Shown: positions 8,876-16,546 of the stretch, in pieces
Numbering within the stretch: position 1 is the stretch's first letter
Layout: the number at the start of each line of letters is the position of its first letter
NCBI GenBank assembly: GCA_017882045.1
Contig: JADGQF010000006.1
Location: forward strand, 13,887-45,886
DNA length: 32,000 nt
Direction of reading: 5' to 3'
Source of the DNA: Anaerolineales bacterium
GTDB lineage: Bacteria > Chloroflexota > Anaerolineae > CG2-30-64-16
Notes under the pieces: generated by a model
What the model saw: only the letters and a program-made list of their open reading frames with translations
What the model was told of the DNA's origin: nothing
Databases searched by the model: none
Program-made: the position numbers and the translations under genes

Positions 8876-9760
8876 TCAAGCGCGCTCGTGCTGCAGCTTG
8901 AACGCGTGCAAGGTGTTCGCCAGCAGCATGGCGATGGTCATAGGTCCGACGCCGCCGGGAACAGGAGTGATTGCGCCAGCGACTTGCACGACTTCGCTGA
9001 AGCAGACATCACCGACCAGGTGGTAGCCGCGCTTGGCGGATGGATCTTCAACGCGGTTGATGCCCACGTCGATGACCGCGGCGCCTGGCTTGATCCAATC
9101 TCCGCGCACGTATTCGGGCTTGCCGATAGCCGCCACAAGGATGTCGGCCCGGCGTACAACCTCGGCTATGTTCGGCGTGCGGCTATGGCAGATCGTGACG
9201 GTCGCATCGCGATTGTTCAGTAGGGCCGCGACGGGAATGCCGACGATGTTGCTGCGCCCGAGCACGACTGCCGTGGCTCCGGCGATCGGCACGCCACTGC
9301 GCTCCAGTAAGATGATGCAGCCGGCAGGGGTGCAAGGCACAAACAGAGGCACACGCCCCTTCATGACCAGCCGGCCGATATTAATGGGATGGAAGCCGTC
9401 CACATCTTTATCGAGGCTGATCCCGTTCAGCACCGCTTCCTCGTTCAATCCTTTGGGAAGCGGCAACTGCACCAGGATGCCGTTGACGTGCGGGTCGGCG
9501 TTCAGCGACGCGACAAGATGCTCGACCTCAGCCTGGCTGGCGGTCGCGAGCAGGCGATGCGTGACCGAATCCATACCGGCTTGAGTGCAGGCTTTGCCCT
9601 TCGAGCTTACATAGCTCTGGGAGCCCGGGTCATCGCCCACCAGCACGACCGACAGGTTGGGCACGATGCCGCCCTGCGCTTTGAGCGCAGCCACTTGCTC
9701 TGTCACCTCGCGGCGCACATCGGCGCCAATTGCAGTGCCGTCGATCAGCTTGGCAGTCAT
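8876..9760 (-). CDS. folD: Bifunctional 5,10-methylene-THF dehydrogenase / 5,10-methenyl-THF cyclohydrolase FolD
   Basis: 294 aa. YVSSKGKAC, VQLPLP, DVDGFHPINIGRL, GRSNIVGIPVAALL, PGGVGPMTIAMLL. Confidence 0.93.
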   Translation of the reverse strand: MTAKLIDGTAIGADVRREVTEQVAALKAQGGIVPNLSVVLVGDDPGSQSYVSSKGKACTQAGMDSVTHRLLATASQAEVEHLVASLNADPHVNGILVQLPLPKGLNEEAVLNGISLDKDVDGFHPINIGRLVMKGRVPLFVPCTPAGCIILLERSGVPIAGATAVVLGRSNIVGIPVAALLNNRDATVTICHSRTPNIAEVVRRADILVAAIGKPEYVRGDWIKPGAAVIDVGINRVEDPSAKRGYHLVGDVCFSEVVQVAGAITPVPGGVGPMTIAMLLANTLHAFKLQHERA

Positions 9761-9771
9761 AGCACGTCACC

Positions 9772-10674
9772 TCATCCGTTCAGCAAATACTCGTAGGCGT
9801 TGAGCGCTGCCTTAGCGCCTTCGCCGATGGCAATCAGCACCTGCTCCGCAGGGAGGTGAGTGATGTCGCCGGCGGCGAAGAGGCCAGGGACGCTGGTTTC
9901 GGTGCCGCAACTGGTGACGATACGCTTCTGCTCGTCCAGCTCCACCCAACCCTCGACCAACCCGGTACGCGGAACCAGGCCGAGCTCGACAAAAACGGCA
10001 TCGACGTCCAGCGTACACTGCTCCGCAGAGGGTGAACTGATCACGAGTTGGCGCACTTCGCTATCGCCGGCCACCGATTCGGGCTGCCAGCCCTCATAGA
10101 GCGTGACACGCTTGGAGGCAAGCACACGGCGTCCCAGATTGGAGTCCAGTTCGCCATGATCGGGGGCGATCAGGTGCACTTTGGACGCGATCTGCGCCAG
10201 TTCCGCGGCGCCGCGCAGCGCCATGCCGTTAGAGCCGACCACGGCCACCTGCTTATCCATATACAGAGGAGCATAGCTCACGGTCGAATAGGCCACGCCG
10301 CGCATGAAGTAACTGTCGGCCCCGGGCACGTTCAAGCGGACGGGGTCGGCGCCCATCGACAGGATGACGGACTTGGCCTCAAATTGGCGGCCGCTGTCAG
10401 TGGTGAGGGCGAAATGATCGCCGGCCTTTTCCAGATGGGTGACTTTCTCCAATAGCCGCGCGAATTCCAGGTATTCCAACTCGCCCCGAAAGCGGCGCAC
10501 GATGTCCGAACCGTTGATCACCTGGTAGGTTGTGCCTCCCTCGATGACCATGCGCAGATTGGCCTTGCCGCCCAGATCCGGGCTGATCAGCAAGCAGTTC
10601 ATGCGTTTACGGATTGCGTAGATCGCAGCAGTCAACCCAGCCGGGCCGCCACCGATGATAATGAGATCGTACAT
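9772..10674 (-). CDS. Thioredoxin-reductase/AhpF-C-terminal-like FAD flavoprotein lacking the redox-active CxxC
   Basis: 300 aa. FAD motif IIIGGGPAGLTAA and C-terminal FAAGDITH. The position of TrxR CATCDG / AhpF GVAYCPHCDGPLF reads GVAYSTVSYAPLY (both Cys replaced by Ser). The second dinucleotide motif is degenerate (VAVVGSNGMA) and there is no HRR-type NADPH motif. Confidence 0.85.
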   Translation of the reverse strand: MYDLIIIGGGPAGLTAAIYAIRKRMNCLLISPDLGGKANLRMVIEGGTTYQVINGSDIVRRFRGELEYLEFARLLEKVTHLEKAGDHFALTTDSGRQFEAKSVILSMGADPVRLNVPGADSYFMRGVAYSTVSYAPLYMDKQVAVVGSNGMALRGAAELAQIASKVHLIAPDHGELDSNLGRRVLASKRVTLYEGWQPESVAGDSEVRQLVISSPSAEQCTLDVDAVFVELGLVPRTGLVEGWVELDEQKRIVTSCGTETSVPGLFAAGDITHLPAEQVLIAIGEGAKAALNAYEYLLNG

Positions 10675-10724
10675 AGTAGCGCCTCACTTTCTTTGTGATT
10701 ACTACTGGCAATGCTTCAGTTTTC

Positions 10725-12089
10725 TCAATCGGCCGGGGGTTGCTCGATGAACCCCTGTTCCATCATCGCCTCGGTGATATGCCGGGAACGGTGGATCATG
10801 TCGGCGGCATGGCGGTACAACTCGTCGGCCGATAACGCCAGCCCGGCGATCCCCTGCTCCTGCGCCTTCATCCCCACCGCCACCGCCTCCCGGGCGAACA
10901 CTTCCCATTCGGTCATCACCGGCAGGATGCATTGCGGGTCCAGACCCCTGTCCGGCGCCGAGCCCGCCAGCGCTTCCGCCGCCGCGATGCACATCTCGTC
11001 CGTGATCGTCTTGGCCCGCACGTCCAACGTCCCACGGAAGATCCCCGGGAAACCCAGCGAGTTGTTCACCTGGTTCGGAAAGTCAGACCGCCCCGTTGCC
11101 ACGATCGCCGCCCCGGCCGCCTCCGCTTCCCACGGCCAGATCTCCGGCACCGGGTTGGCGCAGGCGAACACGATCGCATCGTGCGCCATCGCGCTCACCC
11201 ACTCCGGCTTGATCGTCCCAGGCCCCGGCCGGCTGCAGGCCATGCACACATCCGCCCCCACCAGGGCTTCCGCAATCCCACCCTGCCGCCCCTCGGCGTT
11301 CGTGATCTCGCACAGCCGCCACTTGTCCACGTACTCCGCCCGCCGCTGGTAGATGTCCTCCCGTCCCCGCCCCAGGATCCCCTTCGAATCCACCATCAGC
11401 GCCTTCGCCGGGTCCACCCCCGCCTTGAAGCACAGCCGGCTGATCGCCACGTTCGCGGCCCCCGACCCGATGAACACCATCCGCACCTCGTTCACGGGCT
11501 TGCCTACGATCTTCAACGCATTCAGCAGCCCCGCCACCGTCACGCACGCCGTCCCCTGCTGGTCGTCGTGCCAGATCGGGATCTCCGCCTTCTCCCGCAA
11601 CGTGTCCAGCACCCGAAAACACTTCGGCTGCGAGATGTCCTCCAGGTTCACACCCCCGAACCCCGGCTGCAACATCAGCACCGTGTGGATGATCTCATCC
11701 GGATCCTTCGTGTCGAGCATCAGCGGCACCGCATCCACCCCACCCAGGTACTTGAACAGCAGCGCCTTCCCCTCCATCACCGGTAGCCCGGCCTTCGGCC
11801 CAATGTCCCCCAAACCGAGCACCCGTGTCCCGTCCGAGACCACCGCCACCGTGTTCCACTTGCTCGTGTGCTCGTACACCAGCGCCGGGTCCCGCTGGAT
11901 CGCCCGGCACGACGCCGCCACCCCGGGCGTGTACCAGATCGCAAAATCGTCCACCGAGCGGATCGCGACCTTGATCCCCGTCTCGATCTTGCCCCGGTAG
12001 AACGGGTGCAGCTTCATCGCATCCGCTGACGGCTTCTGCGCTTTGGCCAGACGGGTTTCAATGTCAGGTTGCGTCTTGGGAATGTTCAT
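10725..12089 (-). CDS. NAD(P)-dependent malic enzyme (short, MaeB N-domain type)
   Basis: LHPFYRGKIE, WYTPGVA, VAVVSDGTRVLGLGDIGP, EDISQPKCF, FIGSGAANVA. I prefer ATG at 12089 (GGAG 7 nt upstream) over the ORF-track start at 12134. Confidence 0.9.
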   Translation of the reverse strand: MNIPKTQPDIETRLAKAQKPSADAMKLHPFYRGKIETGIKVAIRSVDDFAIWYTPGVAASCRAIQRDPALVYEHTSKWNTVAVVSDGTRVLGLGDIGPKAGLPVMEGKALLFKYLGGVDAVPLMLDTKDPDEIIHTVLMLQPGFGGVNLEDISQPKCFRVLDTLREKAEIPIWHDDQQGTACVTVAGLLNALKIVGKPVNEVRMVFIGSGAANVAISRLCFKAGVDPAKALMVDSKGILGRGREDIYQRRAEYVDKWRLCEITNAEGRQGGIAEALVGADVCMACSRPGPGTIKPEWVSAMAHDAIVFACANPVPEIWPWEAEAAGAAIVATGRSDFPNQVNNSLGFPGIFRGTLDVRAKTITDEMCIAAAEALAGSAPDRGLDPQCILPVMTEWEVFAREAVAVGMKAQEQGIAGLALSADELYRHAADMIHRSRHITEAMMEQGFIEQPPAD

Positions 12090-12148
12090 GCCACATCTCC
12101 TTTTCGGTTTTGTGGGCGGCAGCGGTTTTCGCAAAACCAGAAGAGATC

Positions 12149-13069
12149 CTAGACTCGCAGATATGAATCTGCGTATATCACCTTGTTCAGCAGAATCTGA
12201 ACCGTTTTCCAGATGGCCAGTTGGTCAGGGTCACTGAAGTCGACGGCGTCCTGGCTCAATTCTTCGCCGGCCGCGACTGCATCATACAGATTGAGGAGCA
12301 ATTGCCCCAGCGAGGTGCTGCAGTCGCGCTGCTCCACGATGCGGATGAACTGATTCTGCTGATGGTCCAACGGATCACCGATCATGGTATTCAGGCCCGC
12401 ACCCATCAGCATGACGCAATAGACCCGGTTGATCAGGGGGCGCATCTCGTTCGGCACTGCATTAGAAACGTTACTCAGGCCAACCTGCACGCCGGGCGGC
12501 GGATCACCGGCAACCTGGAGGATCCGCACGGCTTCGATGCATTCGGGCACGTATTGCTGGCAGCCGCTCACTGTGAGCACCAGGGGGTCGATGAGGACGT
12601 CGGTGATGGGCAGACCGACTTCTTCGGCACGCGGCAACAGTTTTTCCAGCGCAATATTGACGCGTGCTTCGGCGCTGACCGGGATGCCCTCGGCCTCCAT
12701 GGTCAGGGCGATCAGGCGGGTGTTGTACTTCTTGGCGATCAGCGGCACCCGCTCCAGGCGCTCGGCCTCAGCCGAGGTGGAGTTGATGATCGGCTGCTGC
12801 TTGCAGACCTTGCACGCTTCCTCGATAGCTGCCAGATTGGTCGTGTCCAGGCTGAGCGGGACATCGACTACTTCCTGCACCGCCTGCACCAGCCACGGCA
12901 AGATCTCGGTTCCCGCCTTCTTCTGCGGGCCAATGTTCAGGTCCAATGCCCAGGCGCCCGCCTCGACCTGCCGGACAGCCGACTCCTGGAAGAACTTCTT
13001 GTCGCGGGCGGCAACGGCTTCCTTCACCTTCGGGGACATGATGTGAATGTTTTCGCCGATGATCTTCAT
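12149..13069 (-). CDS. acsE: Methyl-THF:corrinoid/iron-sulfur protein methyltransferase AcsE
   Basis: 306 aa, collinear with the pterin-binding MeTr fold (MKIIGENI.., ALDLNIGP, SLDTTN, INSTSAE, LIALTM, IDPLVL, GLSNVS, RPLINR, YADSYLRV). AAAGGAGGA upstream of ATG 13069. Confidence 0.88.
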   Translation of the reverse strand: MKIIGENIHIMSPKVKEAVAARDKKFFQESAVRQVEAGAWALDLNIGPQKKAGTEILPWLVQAVQEVVDVPLSLDTTNLAAIEEACKVCKQQPIINSTSAEAERLERVPLIAKKYNTRLIALTMEAEGIPVSAEARVNIALEKLLPRAEEVGLPITDVLIDPLVLTVSGCQQYVPECIEAVRILQVAGDPPPGVQVGLSNVSNAVPNEMRPLINRVYCVMLMGAGLNTMIGDPLDHQQNQFIRIVEQRDCSTSLGQLLLNLYDAVAAGEELSQDAVDFSDPDQLAIWKTVQILLNKVIYADSYLRV

Positions 13070-13096
13070 AAGGGATTCCTCCTTTGGACTGCTCTC

Positions 13097-13188
13097 AGTA
13101 TACTTTATATCGGTGGGTCCGTGCCAACGTTGTCCAGACGTGGTTGACCAGACCGATTTTGCCAGACCTATTTGCCTAGCAAGGTCTG
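13097..13188 (-). promoter_or_regulatory. cooC-acsE spacer: three direct CCAGAC repeats at exact 14-bp spacing plus a sigma70-like promoter candidate
   Basis: CCAGAC at 13134, 13148 and 13162 (+ strand; GTCTGG on the coding strand). An inverted copy AGGTCTG (13182-13188) pairs with CAGACCT (13163-13169) across the cooC stop. Downstream on the - strand: TTGGCA (13127->13122), 19 nt, TATACT (13102->13097). Confidence 0.35.
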
Positions 13189-13917
13189 CGCGATCGCTTC
13201 TACGGCACGGCTGACAGGCGCGTCGGCGGGCAAGTCGACCAGCGGGCGGCCTTCGCCGTCGAACTCGACCAGCTGAGCATCGTAAGGCACGATGGCCAGC
13301 AGTGGGACACCCATCGCGTCGATGCGGGCTCTGAAGCTATCGGACAGCTGGCCCAGCACGCGGTTGACAATCAGGTAGCGCTGCCTGACGTTGATATCCA
13401 GCTCTTTGCTGAGAGCGACCATCGCCTCGGCAGCAGCCAACCCGCGCTGGCTGGCATCGGTGACCAGCAACAGATGGTCAACGTCGCGCGTGGTGCGCCG
13501 GCTCAAGTGCTCCATGCCGGCCTCGTTATCCATCACAATATAGTCGTAGCCCGCGCCGATGCCGTCGACTACCGAACGCAGCATATGATTGGCCGCGCAA
13601 TAACAGCCCTGTCCCTCGGGGCGCCCCATCGCCAACAGGTCGCAATCGTCGCCCTCCTCGACGGCCATACGCACCGCATAGCTCAGCCAATCCTGGCGCG
13701 ACATCCCGGCAGTCACACCTTCGCGCGCTTCCTCGCGTATGTCGCCTACAGTCTGGTTCAAAGGCAGGCCCAACACCAGGTGCAGGTTGCTGCTCGGATC
13801 CGCGTCGATCGCGAGGACCTTGCCCGCCTCGCGCTGGACCAGGTAACGCACCAGCAGCCCGGAAAGCGTTGTCTTGCCGGTTCCGCCCTTTCCGGCTACG
13901 GCGATAGTAACAGTCAT
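13168..13917 (-). CDS. cooC: CODH/ACS nickel-insertion ATPase CooC/AcsF
   Basis: 249 aa. Deviant Walker A AVAGKGGTGKTT and the Ni-binding C-x-C motif (GQGCYCAANH). TAAGGAG upstream of ATG 13917. Confidence 0.9.
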   Translation of the reverse strand: MTVTIAVAGKGGTGKTTLSGLLVRYLVQREAGKVLAIDADPSSNLHLVLGLPLNQTVGDIREEAREGVTAGMSRQDWLSYAVRMAVEEGDDCDLLAMGRPEGQGCYCAANHMLRSVVDGIGAGYDYIVMDNEAGMEHLSRRTTRDVDHLLLVTDASQRGLAAAEAMVALSKELDINVRQRYLIVNRVLGQLSDSFRARIDAMGVPLLAIVPYDAQLVEFDGEGRPLVDLPADAPVSRAVEAIAQTLLGK

Positions 13918-13926
13918 TAAAACTCC

Positions 13927-14502
13927 TTAGAATTCATCGGCAGAACGCTTTAGGTAATTAACGAGCATGATCATGTCCAACGTGTCTCCGTCAGGGGTCA
14001 TGAACATGTCTTTGAGCGCTGCCACCCGTTCGAAACCCACATCTTCAAAGGCGTGGATCACCTGGGGCTGGTTCTCGACGATTTCGGCAATAAGCTGGCG
14101 CAGTCCCACGCGGCGGGCGATCTCAATCTGCGATTTGAGCATGGCCTTGCCGATACCGCAGCGCCGAAACTCTTTGGCGAGGAAAATGCGGATCTCGGAC
14201 ACATGCCGGGTATAGTTCTGGCCCAGGTGCAGCGTCGAGTTGCCGACGATGCGATCGCCGACCACCGCGACTAAGGGGAAGATGCGCGTGTAGTCCACGT
14301 TCTCCGCCCAGGCGGCCACGAGGGCTGGGTTGGCCACCGCGCTGCGGAAGTACGAAATCTCCTCCGCGGGCAGGGTGGTGAACAGGGCCACGAGGGCATC
14401 CCGGTCTTTTGGTATGAGCGGCCGGAGCAGTACACGCATCCCGTTCTGCAAAGTGATCAGGCGGCGATAAAGGGCCAGTTGCTCGGCGGTCTCCACAGCC
14501 AT
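13927..14502 (-). CDS. GNAT-family N-acetyltransferase
   Basis: Acetyl-CoA-binding motif RRCGIGKAM followed by AFEDVGFERV. I prefer ATG at 14502 (AGGAGGAAG 6 nt upstream, directly after the RACo stop) over the ORF-track start at 14538. Confidence 0.85.
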   Translation of the reverse strand: MAVETAEQLALYRRLITLQNGMRVLLRPLIPKDRDALVALFTTLPAEEISYFRSAVANPALVAAWAENVDYTRIFPLVAVVGDRIVGNSTLHLGQNYTRHVSEIRIFLAKEFRRCGIGKAMLKSQIEIARRVGLRQLIAEIVENQPQVIHAFEDVGFERVAALKDMFMTPDGDTLDMIMLVNYLKRSADEF

Positions 14503-14512
14503 ATTCTTCCTC

Positions 14513-16462
14513 CTATGTACCAGCAGCCTGCAGCGCATCAGCGCGCGCGGCCAGCGTTGCCTCCACCGACGGGAAACGGCTCATGTCGGTGTGAGGCAGG
14601 AACAGGGCAGAGGTGAAGGCATCGTAAAAGCTATTGTCTGCCGAGAGCTCGAGATAAGTCATCTTGCCGACAATATCGGTCAGGCGCGCACGCGCGTCGC
14701 GGCGCAACAGGGCCATGTAAGCACCGCGGATGGCGGTGTTACCCATGAAGTGGAAGCGATCCCAAGGGGATGCGCTGCCGGGCGGGGCCGGCAAGTCGGG
14801 CAGCAGGCCAATTTGCACCGCCTTCTCAACGTTGATATACTGGCCAAAGGAGCCGCCGATCAACATCTGTGAGACATCGGCGAGATCCACGCCCACACTC
14901 TGGGCCATCATGTTGAACCCGGCGTAGATGGCGGCCTTGGCCCGCATCAGGTTGTCGATATCAATCTTCGATAGCACGATGTCACGGCCATGCGCACTTT
15001 CCTCACCCCAGGCCACGACGTATTCCGGGCCATGCGCGCCCTCGCGCACTCGGCGGCGGCCATCCGGCCCCGGGGGGAGATCCAGGTTCAGGTTACCGCG
15101 CTTGTCCATCACACCGGTGATGAACAACTCGGCCAGCAACGAAAGCAGGCCGGAACCGCAGATGCCGCGCGGCCGCTCGCCCAGGCGCCCGATAACGCGA
15201 TAGGTCGGCTCGCCGTCGCCGGAATTGACCCATACCTCTTCGATCGCGCCGGTGGTAGCGCGCATGCCGTGCTCGACACCCGCGCCCTCGAAGGCAGGAC
15301 CCGCGGAGCAGGCACAGGTAATCAGCCAGTCGTGCGTGCCTAGGACGGTCTCGCCGTTGGTGCCGATATCGATGAACAGCGTCAGGTCTTCCGCCTCGTC
15401 CATCTGTGTGCTCAACACACCGGCGCTGATGTCGGCGCCCACGTAGCTGGCGACGCCGGGCAGGCAATCCACCACCGCCTGTGGGTGCGCGACCAGGCCC
15501 AGGTCCGCGGCGGTCAGCACCGGCGCCTGGTTGACGGCCGGCACGTAGGGCGCCAGGCGGATTGCCTCGGGCGGGATGGCGAGCAACAGGTGAATCATCG
15601 TGGTGTTGCCGGCAATGGCGACCTTAAAGACCTGATCAGGCGCTGTGCCTGCCTGGGTGCAGGCAGCCTCGAGCAGCCGATTGATCGTGCCGACGACCAA
15701 GGCCTGCATCTCAGCCAGGTTGTTACCCTTGCCGGCATAGATGATGCGCGAGATGACGTCCTCGCCGCGCACGATCTGACCGTTGTAATCAGCCGCCTGG
15801 CCCGCTACCTCTCCACGGAGCAGATCCACCACCCAGACGGTGACGGTAGTCGTGCCGATATCGACAGCCGCGCCGTAACTGCAATCAGATTGGTCCCCGG
15901 GCAACAGGGCCAGCAGTCGGGCCGGGCCCTGCGGGTAGTCCCAACTATCGAGGGACACGATTGCGGTCACGTGCCAGTCGGCGTCGCGCAAGGTCCGGCC
16001 AATGCCTTGCAGTACGGGCAGAGCGGCCGAGATTTCTTGCACACCTTCGCCCGCGAGGGCGCGAGAGATGCGCGACCAATCGTCGGTCTGGTCGGCCAGG
16101 CTGGGTGAGTCGAGCCAGAGGAAATAACGCCGCACCGACTGGTGTCGGGCGACGTCGTAATCAAAGGGAAGCTCGATTCGCCGGGCCGCCTTCTGCGTGA
16201 CGAGCCGGCGTTCGATCGTCTCCTGCTCAGGGACCTCAACCCAGGCATCGCCCTCGATCACGGTCTGGCAGGCCAGGGCATAGCCGGCAGCCACATCCTC
16301 CTTGGACAGGCGCAAGGTAGAGCGGCGCCGGATAGCGCTACGCGCGTCGTCGATCCGGACAGCACATCGGCCACAGCGACCCTGTCCACCGCAAGGCTGG
16401 TTCAGAGAGAAGCCGGCCTGCAGTGCAGCATCGGCCAACAGGCTCCCGCTGGGGACCTGCAC
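14513..16462 (-). CDS. Reductive activator of the corrinoid/Fe-S protein (RACo-type: [2Fe-2S] ferredoxin + ASKHA ATPase)
   Basis: N-terminal plant-type ferredoxin motif CGGQGRCGRC...ALACQT. ASKHA phosphate motifs DIGTTTVTVWVV and FIDIGTNGETVLG. The true start is probably further upstream (see the finding on 16463-16519). Confidence 0.88.
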   Translation of the reverse strand: MQVPSGSLLADAALQAGFSLNQPCGGQGRCGRCAVRIDDARSAIRRRSTLRLSKEDVAAGYALACQTVIEGDAWVEVPEQETIERRLVTQKAARRIELPFDYDVARHQSVRRYFLWLDSPSLADQTDDWSRISRALAGEGVQEISAALPVLQGIGRTLRDADWHVTAIVSLDSWDYPQGPARLLALLPGDQSDCSYGAAVDIGTTTVTVWVVDLLRGEVAGQAADYNGQIVRGEDVISRIIYAGKGNNLAEMQALVVGTINRLLEAACTQAGTAPDQVFKVAIAGNTTMIHLLLAIPPEAIRLAPYVPAVNQAPVLTAADLGLVAHPQAVVDCLPGVASYVGADISAGVLSTQMDEAEDLTLFIDIGTNGETVLGTHDWLITCACSAGPAFEGAGVEHGMRATTGAIEEVWVNSGDGEPTYRVIGRLGERPRGICGSGLLSLLAELFITGVMDKRGNLNLDLPPGPDGRRRVREGAHGPEYVVAWGEESAHGRDIVLSKIDIDNLMRAKAAIYAGFNMMAQSVGVDLADVSQMLIGGSFGQYINVEKAVQIGLLPDLPAPPGSASPWDRFHFMGNTAIRGAYMALLRRDARARLTDIVGKMTYLELSADNSFYDAFTSALFLPHTDMSRFPSVEATLAARADALQAAGT

Positions 16463-16546
16463 GCTGATGTCGCCGGGGGTGAAGTGGATCGTATGATTGG
16501 CCAGAGTTGGCCTCCAGAATTATGTCAAAGTCAAAAGCTCACCGTC

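Noticed and set aside
10932-11786. 284-aa + strand ORF and the 179-aa/215-aa overlapping ORFs in the malic-enzyme region
   Set aside because: The products are Arg/Pro/His-rich nonsense. The - strand frame encodes a complete malic enzyme.
12090-12148. GGTTTT-cgc-AAAACC hairpin between acsE and malic enzyme as a terminator
   Set aside because: The stem is only 6 A/T-rich bp with a 3-nt loop, and no U-tract follows on the coding strand. It is too weak to call.
12221-13147. 308-aa + strand ORF opposite acsE
   Set aside because: It is an antisense shadow. AcsE on the - strand is collinear with known MeTr proteins.
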